From: Nannocystales bacterium
GTDB lineage: Bacteria > Myxococcota_A > Polyangia > Nannocystales > Nannocystaceae
Reading direction: 5' to 3'
NCBI GenBank assembly: GCA_050633305.1
Contig: JBOEGF010000018.1
Location: forward strand, 192,001 to 256,000
Length of the DNA stretch: 64,000 bases
Below, in pieces: positions 29,001 through 38,171 of the stretch; the stretch's first letter is position 1, and every line of letters begins with the position of its first letter. Both the position numbers and the translations under genes were made by a program. The notes beneath the pieces were generated by a model. That model was not told the DNA's origin. It did no database searches and saw nothing but the letters and a program-made list of their open reading frames with translations.

Positions 29001-29927
29001 CTTGCTCGGGTCGCGCTCCAACAGATCCATGCAGAGCGACTGAAGGTCGGGCGGGATGCCGGTGACCCTCGCGGAGGGGAGCTTCGGGGCCTCGTCTTTT
29101 TTGGCGGCGAGCAGGGCGAGCAGGCCGAGGCCGGTGTACGGCGGGGCTCCGGTAAGGAGCTGGTAGAGCATTTCGCCGACCGAGTACCAGTCGCTTGCGG
29201 GGCCGACCTCAGCGCCGTAGGCCTGCTCGGGGGACATGAAAAGCGGCGTTCCGAGGACGGCACCGTCGGCGGTCACCCCGACCGCGTCGTCGGCGTCGAT
29301 CCCCCGGACCAAGCCGAAGTCCAGGATGACCACCCGGCCGGACTCCTCCATCAACACGTTGGATGGCTTGAGGTCGCGGTGGAGGAAGCCCGCGTCGTGG
29401 ATCGCTTGCACACCCTCGGCCAGCTGGCGCATGGCTTCACGGACCCGGTCGTAGTCGCGGGCGGGGTCGTGCACGGTCCGAGTGCCGTCCTTCGGTGGGC
29501 CGCACAGCGCTTGGGTGAACCCCTTGCCGCGGACGAGCTCCATCGAGAAGAACAACCGCTCGCCCTGGAGCATCAGCTCATGCAGCCGGATGACGTTTCG
29601 GTGCCGAACATCGGCCAGCGCCCGGAACTCCCGCTTGAAGCGGTACAGGGCGTCGGGGCTCATTCCCCGGATCGCTTTAATGGCGACCGGCGAGGCGGAT
29701 GGCTCCGGGGGTTCCGCCTCGAAGACCTCTCCCACCGCACCCCGGCCGAGCCGGGACAGAATCGTGAATCGCCCGAGACGCGTTGGGATCGCGTCCGAGT
29801 CGCGCCCTTCCTCATCCCGGAGCTGGGCGCCGTCGAGAACGTGGGTTTCGGTCCGCGTCCGAGCGGCAACCTCTGCGTTGCTCTCCCCGTCCGCTTTACC
29901 GTCCGCTGATGGCTTCAATCCCGCCAA
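26088..29927 (-). CDS. Ser/Thr kinase + STAND/AAA ATPase + TPR-like protein
   Basis: GRGAVGEV, HRDLKPSN, DFG and GTPLFMSPEQ motifs; FLGRENEL, Walker A GVSGIGKS, Walker B YIDDLQWSD, EGSPFF; helical C-terminus. Start (TTG) uncertain. Confidence 0.92.
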   Translation of the reverse strand: MAGLKPSADGKADGESNAEVAARTRTETHVLDGAQLRDEEGRDSDAIPTRLGRFTILSRLGRGAVGEVFEAEPPEPSASPVAIKAIRGMSPDALYRFKREFRALADVRHRNVIRLHELMLQGERLFFSMELVRGKGFTQALCGPPKDGTRTVHDPARDYDRVREAMRQLAEGVQAIHDAGFLHRDLKPSNVLMEESGRVVILDFGLVRGIDADDAVGVTADGAVLGTPLFMSPEQAYGAEVGPASDWYSVGEMLYQLLTGAPPYTGLGLLALLAAKKDEAPKLPSARVTGIPPDLQSLCMDLLERDPSKRPSGDEILARLGSHERAETPDERSNANLFLGRENELRGLHRAFAATRKGRPVVVTLEGVSGIGKSALVDQFLRKVGRNRGALVLAGKCSERESIPYKALDSVMDMVSAFLRTLPTSTEAQALLPRNISALARLFPVLLSVPAVAIAPLHVLPDVMPQEARRRGIESLRELLGRIADRRPLVVYIDDLQWSDLDSLVVLESVLHHVDAPPLMLVCSFREAAPERTQILGRFIAELHAIEPAIDLRAMRLGPMGLEEAKGLALRMLGEDSPVHQTLASEVAREAEGSPFFVAQLVRHAQRTHRGEDLSATDSAVSLDDVIRHRLELLSAAARRMLAIVSVAGGRMPMELATRLAQVEASSQDALADLRAETLVRTEGPGDTPIVEIYHDRIRETVLRGLDARHARDLHLRIAHALAESHEPDAAALSHHFRRGGAPALASKHTIAAADQAAEALAFDRAAELYQAALDIGVVPDEERGDLEARYARALASAGRQYEAAKVFLSAADQLTEDRRPPLLQAAAELLLTSGHSREGRVVLKEVLGAHDVVLPQSRGHAIRSVLWHRAALSIKSFKVDAKSEDSIDPELRSKMDALWTAARGLIYTDGLLGAGFHAQHLRWSLKTGDPTQLARSLGFEAHLTASMKPVAKRERCFDLLDHADQLAEAAASPYARGMVLQARGHVHLFLGEWEQAQRTLDEAKTTFIEQTTGTAPEVGFCESHAALCIQFMGRAQELAPRAHELLRNSVQLAHTYSQGFARGLLGHLVYLAADRVDEAEEQLLLYREEAPWGFQAHIQNYVSQTTALLRYQGNVEAAWRLVEARRPEIEKFDIQRSPFSRAEHQFWLCQNALAMALRKRSETSAFLKLAAEHGRKMVSSLPTRHQHAYGHLTLGNVFEQQGDQDAAVKHFRQAVDDFDAHKMGSFSAVSRMRLAHLVGGSESDELRTQARDYIETESIAAPQRLFEMISPGCAETLA

Positions 29928-30026
29928 GAGTCCCGCGCGCTGGCTCCAAGACTCGCGCGTTTGTGCCGAGCCGGCAAGGGGCTGTACAGCCTCTCCGAAT
30001 CGAGCTGGGCCCTAAGTCGAGTTGTC

Positions 30027-30416
30027 TTAGTTGAGCGCGTACGGTGTGCTGAGGCTGAAGGCGGCGACTTCGGCATCGAACTGTTCACCGTCTTCAGTGA
30101 CCATTTGATACGAGCCGTGCATCGTGCCGAAGGCTGTCGGGAGCGGGCATGCGGAGGTGTACTGAAAGCGCTCCCCCGGACGCAGGACGGGCTGTGCACC
30201 GACGACCCCCGGTCCTCGGACCTCTTCTACGTGCCCGTCTGCGTCCGTGATGACCCAGTGCCGGCTGACCAGCTGCATGGTCTCTTCGCCGCCATTGTGT
30301 AGCGACACGGTATAGGCAAAGAACCAAGCTCCGTCTCCCGGACTTGATTGCTCAGGGATGTACCGGGACTCGACCTTGACCTCGAGCCCGCGAGTGATCG
30401 CCTGGGATGCCGACAC
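30027..30416 (-). CDS. apaG: ApaG protein
   Basis: FFAYTV, QLVSRHWVITD, VRGPGVVGAQP, YTSACPLPTAFGTMHGSY motifs. Confidence 0.96.
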   Translation of the reverse strand: MSASQAITRGLEVKVESRYIPEQSSPGDGAWFFAYTVSLHNGGEETMQLVSRHWVITDADGHVEEVRGPGVVGAQPVLRPGERFQYTSACPLPTAFGTMHGSYQMVTEDGEQFDAEVAAFSLSTPYALN

Positions 30417-30452
30417 CGGGACGGATGGTAGCAGGTCGGGTGGGGGTCGGGC

Positions 30453-31301
30453 TCACCAAGTCGGCGGCGGGGCGAATCGGTCGTCGAAGGGTCGGGCTCG
30501 GCGGCGACGCTCACGGTCCGGTGTCCAGCGCGGTGCGCGTTCGGAGAACAGCGCGACGCCGATGACTCCAACGTCACGGGATGCCCCGCGGCGCGACGCG
30601 TAGCTGTCGCGGGTCCGGCCGAACCGGAACGCTGCGACCTCGTCTTCGTGGGTCCGCCATCCTTCGATCACCAAGGTTTCGTGGGCCTCCAAGATGTAGC
30701 CCCGCTTGCGGGTGGATGCGTGACCGCCGTCGATGACATCGAGGCCGTCGACGGACGCCACGACTTCGTAGCGCTGCCGGGAGTGGTTGCGGATCTCGAC
30801 CTCATAGCGCTGACCCGGCGCCCCAATCGCGTACCGCTGGTCTCCGACATCCAGAGCGTCCAGCACTCGGCCTCGGCTATCGACGAGCGAGACGGAGATA
30901 TCGCGGGCTGCGTCGTACAGGGTCGAGGTGCGCCACGGGGAGTCACTCGATGCGGAGACCCCGTCAAAGTCGTCGTACCAGAGGCTGAGCACGGTGTCCG
31001 GGCGGTTGGTCGCACGCTCAAAGCGGGTCTCGTATGTGTCGCTGTGCCGTCTCTCCCCATATAGGGTTCCGAGTCCGGACCGCTCGTCGTCGGTTTCGTA
31101 GGCCCCCGACGATTCGTCGTACGCCGCCGACGTCGGTGAGGCGGTGCTGGACCGCGGTGAACTGGGCGCGCGTGGTGCCCTCGCTCGGCCGTGACGTGTA
31201 CCGAGGTGTGGCGACGAAGCGCGTTGCGCGCGTCTCTTGGAAGCGCAGCCGGCAAGTACGAAAGCGAGCAGAACGAAGGGGAGAGCGCGAAGCATCGACA
31301 T
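30453..31301 (-). CDS. Hypothetical lipoprotein
   Basis: MSMLRALPFVLLAFVLAGC lipobox; conserved-looking core GLGTLYGE, VASVDGLDVIDG, RGYIL, IEGWR, AAFRFG, VGVIGVALFSE. Confidence 0.75.
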   Translation of the reverse strand: MSMLRALPFVLLAFVLAGCASKRRAQRASSPHLGTRHGRARAPRAPSSPRSSTASPTSAAYDESSGAYETDDERSGLGTLYGERRHSDTYETRFERATNRPDTVLSLWYDDFDGVSASSDSPWRTSTLYDAARDISVSLVDSRGRVLDALDVGDQRYAIGAPGQRYEVEIRNHSRQRYEVVASVDGLDVIDGGHASTRKRGYILEAHETLVIEGWRTHEDEVAAFRFGRTRDSYASRRGASRDVGVIGVALFSERAPRWTPDRERRRRARPFDDRFAPPPTW

Positions 31302-31492
31302 CGGTTCGGGCCCGGAACGTCTCGATGGCGGTCGATCCTTACAGTACGGAACGCCGTAAACCACATGGTGGGCGATCACTCACAGCTCGGTACATCGAAA
31401 AACGTGTGGCGTGGCTTGCCCTCCTGACACGCCGGATCTACACACCCCCCGCCTACCGACGTGTAGGACACGACCACACAGGAAGCCGACCG

Positions 31493-32587
31493 ATGACCCG
31501 ATGGACTCAAGCCACACTCGTGATGACCTTTGCCGCAACCGCCCTCGTGGGCTGTGCTGGCACGGCGACCGTGGCGCCCACCGCTCCCACCGCGCCGTCT
31601 GCTGACGCCGCCGAAGTCCACGCCGTCGTCATCGAACCGACCGTCGCTGCCGTGACGGCTCAACCTGGAATCGACACCGCGTGGCTCTCTTTTCGCGACC
31701 AGCGCGACGCACGTTTGACCATGGTCGGCGAGCCGCTCTTGGCCTGTGCCAACGCGCCGGCCAAAGAGCAGGGGCCCGAGTGTGTGGCCCGCCGTGAGAG
31801 CTTCGAGGTCGCCTACGGTCTCAGCACGCTGTATCGGGTCACGCACGATCCCACATACCTCGACGCTGCCGACGCATCGATCACCTCCAAGGCTGTCTCG
31901 CGGGTGGACCGGCTCAGCGTGTATGGCCAGTCCTACTTCCTGGCACTGGCCACCGAGCGCGAATCGACCAAACGGCGGACCGATCTGCACGCCGCGGCCG
32001 GTGATGTGGCCGAGTCCTTGGAGACCTGGCTCAGGGAAGCCGACGACTACTCGTTCGCCCAGCGCACCATGTTTGGCAACGAGGAGAACGCCGCGCTCGT
32101 GCTCGAGCGTCTGTGGGACTGGGCGGACCTCAACGCAGATGACGAGCTCCGCGGCCGTCTTCGTAGCCTCACCGAGACTCGCTTCGTCGCAAAGGACATG
32201 GACTCCTGGTGCCCGCAGACGGTCGACGGCGAGCCGGAGAACTTCGAGTTCCTTCCCCCATGTTTGCAGCGCGCCAGTGCTGTGCTGTCGGTCCTTCCCG
32301 CCGAGCGATCGAACCCCTGGCTCGACACGTTCCTCTCGCAGCAGACTGAGCTGGAGCCGGTGACCCTGTCCCGGTTGGCGACGCATGAGGCGCTCAACTT
32401 CAGCCGCGCCGTTGCGCTGTGGCGGGTCTACGAAGCCACGGGCGATCTCCGGTACCGCTCGAAGTACGTCCAACATGTCGAGGCTGGCCTCGACCGCATG
32501 GCGCAGCGCACCGACGCTGGAGAACCCATCGACCCTTGGCACGCCGGGTACGCCGTCCAGGCGCTGGCGATGAGCACCCGGATCTGA
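31493..32587 (+). CDS. Lipoprotein, divergent DUF2891-like helical protein
   Basis: LVGC lipobox from ATG 31493; YGQSYFLAL, FLPPCL and ALNFSRAVAL recall DUF2891 motifs (from memory). Confidence 0.6.
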   Translation: MTRWTQATLVMTFAATALVGCAGTATVAPTAPTAPSADAAEVHAVVIEPTVAAVTAQPGIDTAWLSFRDQRDARLTMVGEPLLACANAPAKEQGPECVARRESFEVAYGLSTLYRVTHDPTYLDAADASITSKAVSRVDRLSVYGQSYFLALATERESTKRRTDLHAAAGDVAESLETWLREADDYSFAQRTMFGNEENAALVLERLWDWADLNADDELRGRLRSLTETRFVAKDMDSWCPQTVDGEPENFEFLPPCLQRASAVLSVLPAERSNPWLDTFLSQQTELEPVTLSRLATHEALNFSRAVALWRVYEATGDLRYRSKYVQHVEAGLDRMAQRTDAGEPIDPWHAGYAVQALAMSTRI

Positions 32588-32662
32588 TCAGTCTTCACCG
32601 GCTCGTTGCGCCGCCGTCCGGGTTCCACGACCCCGCGGCGGCGTTTCGCGTTGTGCCGACCT

Positions 32663-34243
32663 TCACCCGCAGGTGATGTCGATGCGAGTGGGCGTCAGCA
32701 CTTGGGCGTTGGGGATCGAGTTGCCGACCTGACCTTGTGCGTTGAGGCCCCAGCAGTACAGCTCGTGGGTGTCCGAGAGCACGCACGCGTGGCCACTTCC
32801 GAAGACTGCGTCGTCGATGACGATCGGCATGCTCGCTTCGTCGACCGGGTCCAAAAGGACCGGCGTCGTTGCGAACAGGTCGTTCTTGGTCTCGCCCACG
32901 AACTGAAGCTTGTTGCCCGTGTTGTCGCCCCAGCAGTACATCTCGCCCGTGCCGAGTTGGGCGCAGGTGACGTTGCCGTGTGCGCTGAGGTCGGTGATCG
33001 GTGCGTCGGGCAGGAGCGCGACGACAGGCGTGATCGAATCGACGCCCAAGCCATCGCCGAGCTGACCGAGGGTGTTGTCTCCCCAACAGTTGACCTGATC
33101 GCTGACGCGCGCGCAGCTGTAGGTGTCGCCCGTTGCGATGTCGCCGACCGGCGGCACGAGGATTTGCCGAACGGTGGCGGAGAATGGGACCGTGCCCGGG
33201 TTGACGCCGAGCTGTCCGTCCGCGTTCTCGCCCCAGCAATACATCTCACCGGTGGCCGTACGTCCACAGACGTGGCTTGCGGCACCGTCGATCTCGGCGA
33301 AGTTGAACAACGCCTCGACGTTGACGGGCCCGGGCGTCTCGGCCCCGGTGAGCTGCCCTCGGGTGTTGGTCCCGAAGCAAGTGGCGAGGAAGTCGGCGTC
33401 CTGTGCGATGCAGGTGAACCCGGTCCCGAGCGCAGGTTGAACCCAGTTTGTCGCGAGGTTGACCAGGGTTGGGATGGCGGTCGTCGGCGAAGGGACGCCG
33501 GGTACGGACGCGCCGGTGACGTTCTCGCCCCAGCACACCGCGTTGCCATCTTCACGGAGCGCGCAGGTGTGAGCGGGCGATGCGTCGATGTCCGTGGCCG
33601 CGAGTCCCACTCCGCCCAGCAGCGTCTCCGCGGTGAGGACCGGGACCGCTGACGACAAGACTCCCGGGACTCCAAGTTGTCCGGTGTCGTTCGCCCCCCA
33701 GCAGAACACGGCCCCGTCGGTGCGGGTGACGCAGGTGTGGTTCGCGCCCGCGGCCATCTCTGCAACACAGCCGCAGGTGCCGCCGTAGCAGCTGAGTCCG
33801 TCATCGCAGGCATCGTCGCAGCAGGGCTGATCCAAGCTGCCGCAGGTGTCGCCGGTCTCCGATCCGGTCGCGTCGGTATCCGTGACGGTGGGGTTCGTCG
33901 TCGACGGATCCAGGGTCGTGGAGGGTTCGGTGTCCGAGGAGCTGCCCGACCCCGAGCTGGTCGAGGTACCCGCCATGGTCGGGTTGATGTCGGTGTCTGT
34001 GGCTCCTGGAGGCTCCACGCACTCGCCCGCGAGACCCGCATCGGCTTCGTCGCCGTAGCGGAAGCCTGTGGCGCAGATTGGATCTGCGTAGCTACAGTAG
34101 CCTGTTGGCTGACAGAACCCTGGCTCGACACCACGTCTGCACTGGGTGTTGTCGGAGCAGTTGTAGGCTCCGATGTTCAGGCAACCGCTTGCCAGACCCG
34201 CTGTGAAGCCCAGGGAGAGTGCGATCCGTCCAGACGCCTGCAT
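32663..34243 (-). CDS. RCC1-repeat lipoprotein with Cys-rich N-terminal domain
   Basis: LASGC lipobox from ATG 34243; repeated HTC...CWGxNxxGQLG units; S/T/D-rich linker. Confidence 0.9.
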   Translation of the reverse strand: MQASGRIALSLGFTAGLASGCLNIGAYNCSDNTQCRRGVEPGFCQPTGYCSYADPICATGFRYGDEADAGLAGECVEPPGATDTDINPTMAGTSTSSGSGSSSDTEPSTTLDPSTTNPTVTDTDATGSETGDTCGSLDQPCCDDACDDGLSCYGGTCGCVAEMAAGANHTCVTRTDGAVFCWGANDTGQLGVPGVLSSAVPVLTAETLLGGVGLAATDIDASPAHTCALREDGNAVCWGENVTGASVPGVPSPTTAIPTLVNLATNWVQPALGTGFTCIAQDADFLATCFGTNTRGQLTGAETPGPVNVEALFNFAEIDGAASHVCGRTATGEMYCWGENADGQLGVNPGTVPFSATVRQILVPPVGDIATGDTYSCARVSDQVNCWGDNTLGQLGDGLGVDSITPVVALLPDAPITDLSAHGNVTCAQLGTGEMYCWGDNTGNKLQFVGETKNDLFATTPVLLDPVDEASMPIVIDDAVFGSGHACVLSDTHELYCWGLNAQGQVGNSIPNAQVLTPTRIDITCG

Positions 34244-34367
34244 CGTGCTAAGGGCGCACACGGTGTAGGACCTGCGCGCCGCGGGGAGAATACCACGGAG
34301 CCTGGAATTGCAGCATTCCGGCGTGCGCTTGTGGCTGGTCGCGTGAGCGCGCTAGCATGGTTGCACG

Positions 34368-36158
34368 ATGAACCGAGGAACAGGCGGTGCTCATCCTGCC
34401 GCCTCGGCAGGTCCCCCACCTCCCCCCACGGCCGGGGAGGGGGCAAGCCGCATCGGTCGCTACGAGCTTCTTCGCAGGCTGGGCGCCGGCGGGATGGCCG
34501 AAGTCCACCTTGCGCGGGCGACCGGGTTCGAGGGCTTCGAGAAGCTCCTCGTGCTCAAGCGGATCCTTCCGCACCTCGCGGCCGACCGGCATTTCGTACA
34601 GATGTTCTTGGCGGAGGCGCGCCTTGCTGCGCTTCTCCAGCACCCCAACATCGTTCAGGTGTTCGACCTAGGGAAGGAAGGGACGGACTTCTTCTTCACG
34701 ATGGAACTCGTCTACGGCGAGAACGCCTACGCGATCTCACGGGCCGCGAGGAAGCGCCGTGAAGAACTCCCGATCGAGCACGCGATCTCGATCATCATCG
34801 GCGCAGCATCGGGGTTGCACTACGCGCATGAGCGCGTCGGGATGGACGGCAAGCCGCTGGGCATTGTGCACCGCGACGTTTCGCCCACGAACTTGATGGT
34901 CACCTACGACGGGTGCCCGAAGGTCGCCGACTTCGGGATCGCCAAGGTCACGAACCGCACCGACGTCACGCAGGCCGGCATCCGCAAGGGCAAGGTGCCG
35001 TACATGTCGCCCGAGCAATGCAAGGCGGCCCGCGTCGATCGCCGTAGCGACGTCTTCGCCCTAGGGATCTGTTTATACGAACTCTCGACGGGCAGTCGTT
35101 TGTTCGACGGCGACAATGAGTTCGGCGTGATGAACCGGATCGTCACCGGGGACATTCCGCTGCCGTCCACCCGGCGCGCGAACTACCCCAAGCCGCTCGA
35201 GCGCATCCTGATGAGGGCGCTCGCGACCGACATCAACAAACGCTACGCCACGTGCATGGAGATGCAGCACGAGCTGGAGGCGTTTGTCCGCGATGCACGT
35301 CTGGACGCCAGCGCATCGTCACTCGCCCGTTGGATGCATCGTGTGTTCAAGCCGCAGCCATTCCCGTGGGGGGCGTTGCAGGGCGACGGCGTCACGGGGG
35401 GAGGCGGCGCCCGGCCGACCATCGCGGACTCCGGCGCTGGGCTTGGCTCGCGACCCGGCGACGTGGTGAGCCGCCCCGACATGACGCCGCACTCCGGTGT
35501 GGGCAGCTACCCGATGCCGTCGAGCGCGAGCTCGGGGCTCATGCCTCCATCGGCTCATCCCGCGCCGTCGTCCGCTGGGACGGGGGCGGGTCCGCGGACA
35601 TCGGCGGGAGCGGCCAACGATGGCGGCACGCTCAAGGGCGTTGCGATGGGCCTCGGTATCGTGGCTGCGATCGCAGTCGCCTCGGTCGCGGGCTTGGTCA
35701 TCTACAAGAACACCGGCGACGGACCGGCCGACGCGCCTAAGGCGAGCGCGGTCGCCGGAGCCGAGGCCGAGCGCCCTGAGGTGTCCGGCGAAGCTGCGCC
35801 TGTGGAAGACGCGCCCACAGCCGCCCCCGTCGCGGAGGCGCAGGATCCTGTCGCTGTTCCCGCAGCTGACGCTCCACAAGGGAACCCGTCTGACGCCGAG
35901 CCTGAGCCTGAGCCTGAGCCCGCGGTCGAGGCCGCGCCAGTTGTCGAAGCTGCGCCGGTCGCCGAGGCTGAGCCCGAAGAGGTCATCGAACTCATCGACG
36001 ATCCGGCGACGACTCGGCCGAGGACTTCTCGTCCCAAGAACTCCAAGCCCCAGACTTCGAAGCCCCAAGCTTCCAAGTCGAAGCCGAAGACCTCCAAGCC
36101 CAAGAAGAAACCCAAGGCGGACGCTGGAGCCGACCCCGACGGGTTCTGGGGCAACTGA
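34368..36158 (+). CDS. Membrane-anchored Ser/Thr protein kinase
   Basis: GAGGMAEV, HRDVSPTN, DFGIAK and GKVPYMSPEQ motifs; TM GVAMGLGIVAAIAVASVAGLVIY; low-complexity PE/KP tail. Confidence 0.95.
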   Translation: MNRGTGGAHPAASAGPPPPPTAGEGASRIGRYELLRRLGAGGMAEVHLARATGFEGFEKLLVLKRILPHLAADRHFVQMFLAEARLAALLQHPNIVQVFDLGKEGTDFFFTMELVYGENAYAISRAARKRREELPIEHAISIIIGAASGLHYAHERVGMDGKPLGIVHRDVSPTNLMVTYDGCPKVADFGIAKVTNRTDVTQAGIRKGKVPYMSPEQCKAARVDRRSDVFALGICLYELSTGSRLFDGDNEFGVMNRIVTGDIPLPSTRRANYPKPLERILMRALATDINKRYATCMEMQHELEAFVRDARLDASASSLARWMHRVFKPQPFPWGALQGDGVTGGGGARPTIADSGAGLGSRPGDVVSRPDMTPHSGVGSYPMPSSASSGLMPPSAHPAPSSAGTGAGPRTSAGAANDGGTLKGVAMGLGIVAAIAVASVAGLVIYKNTGDGPADAPKASAVAGAEAERPEVSGEAAPVEDAPTAAPVAEAQDPVAVPAADAPQGNPSDAEPEPEPEPAVEAAPVVEAAPVAEAEPEEVIELIDDPATTRPRTSRPKNSKPQTSKPQASKSKPKTSKPKKKPKADAGADPDGFWGN

Positions 36159-36176
36159 CCGTACTGGGATTCAAGC

Positions 36177-36962
36177 ATGCTCGTCCCCTCCGTTCTCTCC
36201 GTCGTTCTTTCGTCGTTGCTGCTGACCGCGGCGGGTCCCGACGATCTGCTCTCCGATCCCGAGGCGCAGACGCTCGTGGCCGAAGCTCAGATTCTGTTCT
36301 CTGAAGGAAACTTCGGTGAGGCCGCGAAGCTGATCGAGAAGGCGTACCTCATCGAGCCCGTGCCCGAGTTGTTGTTTCCGTGGGCACAAGCCGAACGGGA
36401 GCAGGGCAACTGCCGGGCCGCGATCGACCTCTATGGGCGACTGCTCGAGGAAATCCCCGAGGGGCGGATGGCTGATTCGGCGCGCAACAACATCGCGCTG
36501 TGCGAGCAGGAGATGCCGGCCGAGGAAGCGGTGGTTCCCGTGGTCGAGGAGGACCCGCTCGAGGAGGAATACACCGAGCCCGAGCCCGAACCTGTGCCCG
36601 AGCCCGTGACGAAGAGCGACGACCAGCCCAAAGTGAAGGAGTGGTACAAGGACCCCGCGGGCGGGGTTCTGACCGGGCTTGGCGTGGTGGGCGTGGGCGC
36701 GGGCGCGGCATTGCTGATCGTCGCCAACGGGAACGGCAAGAGTGCTTCGGACGCACCTTCCCTGGACGACTACCACTCGCAGAGCGACACGGCTGTCACG
36801 CAGCGCAACGCGGGCGCTGGTGTCCTCTCGGTCGGCGGAGCGTTGCTCGTCGCGGGGGTGATTCGCTACGTGTTGGTCGCAAAGAAGAACAAAGCCTCTG
36901 CGACCGCTTCGCTCTGGACGGCGCCGGGCAGTGGTGGCGTCGTGTTCTCCGGGCGATTCTGA
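36177..36962 (+). CDS. Secreted TPR protein with Gly-rich hydrophobic helices and terminal beta-strand
   Basis: Signal peptide; TPRs (FSEGNFGEAAKLIEKAY; GNCRAAIDLY); PE linker; two Gly-rich hydrophobic helices; ends GGVVFSGRF; 18 nt after the kinase. Confidence 0.8.
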   Translation: MLVPSVLSVVLSSLLLTAAGPDDLLSDPEAQTLVAEAQILFSEGNFGEAAKLIEKAYLIEPVPELLFPWAQAEREQGNCRAAIDLYGRLLEEIPEGRMADSARNNIALCEQEMPAEEAVVPVVEEDPLEEEYTEPEPEPVPEPVTKSDDQPKVKEWYKDPAGGVLTGLGVVGVGAGAALLIVANGNGKSASDAPSLDDYHSQSDTAVTQRNAGAGVLSVGGALLVAGVIRYVLVAKKNKASATASLWTAPGSGGVVFSGRF

Positions 36963-37085
36963 GCAGCAGGCCGCCGCGGAGGGTTGGCTTGAGACGGAGG
37001 TCACGGCAACGCTCCCGTGCTGTGACTCCACTGCCCTATGGGGCGAAGGTAGGCCTGCTACGTTCCGGCGTCTTCCGAGGTCGCC

Positions 37086-38081
37086 ATGAACCTGCGTAGC
37101 TCTTGTGTCCTACTCTCCGCCTGCCTTGCCCTGACTGCCTGCGACACCCCGTCCGACGACAGCACCTCGGGGTCGAACTCCACATCCGGTGGCAGCACGT
37201 CGGACGACGACCCCACGAACATCTCCGTGTCGGTGTCCATCTCGGCCACGACACCGCCGACCGACCCGGCGACCACGGACTCGACGGTCGGCGATACGGA
37301 CGCGTCGAGCACAGACGCGACCGACGCGACGAGCAGCCCCACTGAGCCCACCGCCGGAGAGACGGACTCGACGACGACCGACCCCACCGAGGGCGGGACG
37401 GACTCCACGACCACCGGCGGCGCAGGGGGGACGAGTGTCTACGACGTTCAGGATGGGACCGTCGCCGAAGGCGAGACCGTGACGATCGAAGGCGTTGTGA
37501 TCACCGGCCTCCGGTCGTTCGTGGGCGTGACCGTGCAAGAGATCGATGGCGGTGAATACAGCGGTGTCTACGTCGACACCGGGGACGTAGACCTGAGCAC
37601 GTTCGCGGTCGGCGACATCGTCGACCTCACCGGGGTGACCGCGGAGTCGAACCCGGGCTCCACCGGATTGGATGGCCTCACGCAGATCCTCATCGACGCG
37701 GATGGCTCGATGACCGCGACCGGCGACACCATGGAGCTCAGCGTAGAGGCGGTCGACTTCACCGTCTTGGCCGATCCCGACACGGCGGAACCATGGGAGA
37801 GCGTGCTCGTCACGACCTCCGGCGCGTTCGAAGCGGTGACCGCGACCGCGTCGTTTGGCGAGTTCGGCGAGTTCGCAGTGGAGGAGGGGGGCGCGACGCT
37901 GACGGTCGACAATTTCCTGTACGCGATCTTCGACAAGGACAACGCTGCTGACTTCCCCGGCTTCGGCGAAGGCGCAACCTTCACAGCGGTCTCGGGCGTG
38001 CTCAACTACAGCTTCGGTACGTTCAAGCTCGCGCCGCGCAGCGCGGCCGAGCTCGAGGGATACGCCGCACCGGCTGGCTGA
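37086..38081 (+). CDS. Acidic lipoprotein with OB-fold-like domains
   Basis: LTAC lipobox; S/T/D linker; SVYDVQ...VTIEGVVIT...YSGVYV...VGDIVDLTG, EPWESVLV and GVLNYSFGTFKLAPR resemble the OB-folds of extracellular nucleases; no nuclease domain seen. Confidence 0.75.
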   Translation: MNLRSSCVLLSACLALTACDTPSDDSTSGSNSTSGGSTSDDDPTNISVSVSISATTPPTDPATTDSTVGDTDASSTDATDATSSPTEPTAGETDSTTTDPTEGGTDSTTTGGAGGTSVYDVQDGTVAEGETVTIEGVVITGLRSFVGVTVQEIDGGEYSGVYVDTGDVDLSTFAVGDIVDLTGVTAESNPGSTGLDGLTQILIDADGSMTATGDTMELSVEAVDFTVLADPDTAEPWESVLVTTSGAFEAVTATASFGEFGEFAVEEGGATLTVDNFLYAIFDKDNAADFPGFGEGATFTAVSGVLNYSFGTFKLAPRSAAELEGYAAPAG

Positions 38082-38171
38082 GCGCGCGTCTCCCGGTGTG
38101 ACCGTGGGAAGCGGGCACATCGGGGGATCAGCCGTTGCCCGGGAGGGACAACGGCGATAGCGTCGACCACG

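Noticed and set aside
28041..29909. Long antisense ORFs (e.g. 28041-29909, 38999-41317, 46444-47910, 47807-49198, 2875-4266, 60681-62183)
   Set aside because: Each lies opposite a motif-bearing gene; long shadow ORFs are expected from high-GC codon bias and these have no recognisable motifs.
35898..36110. GAGCCT tandem repeats and KP-rich repeats in the kinase tail
   Set aside because: In-frame low-complexity linker coding (EPEPEP, KPQTSKPQ); not a CRISPR or mobile repeat.
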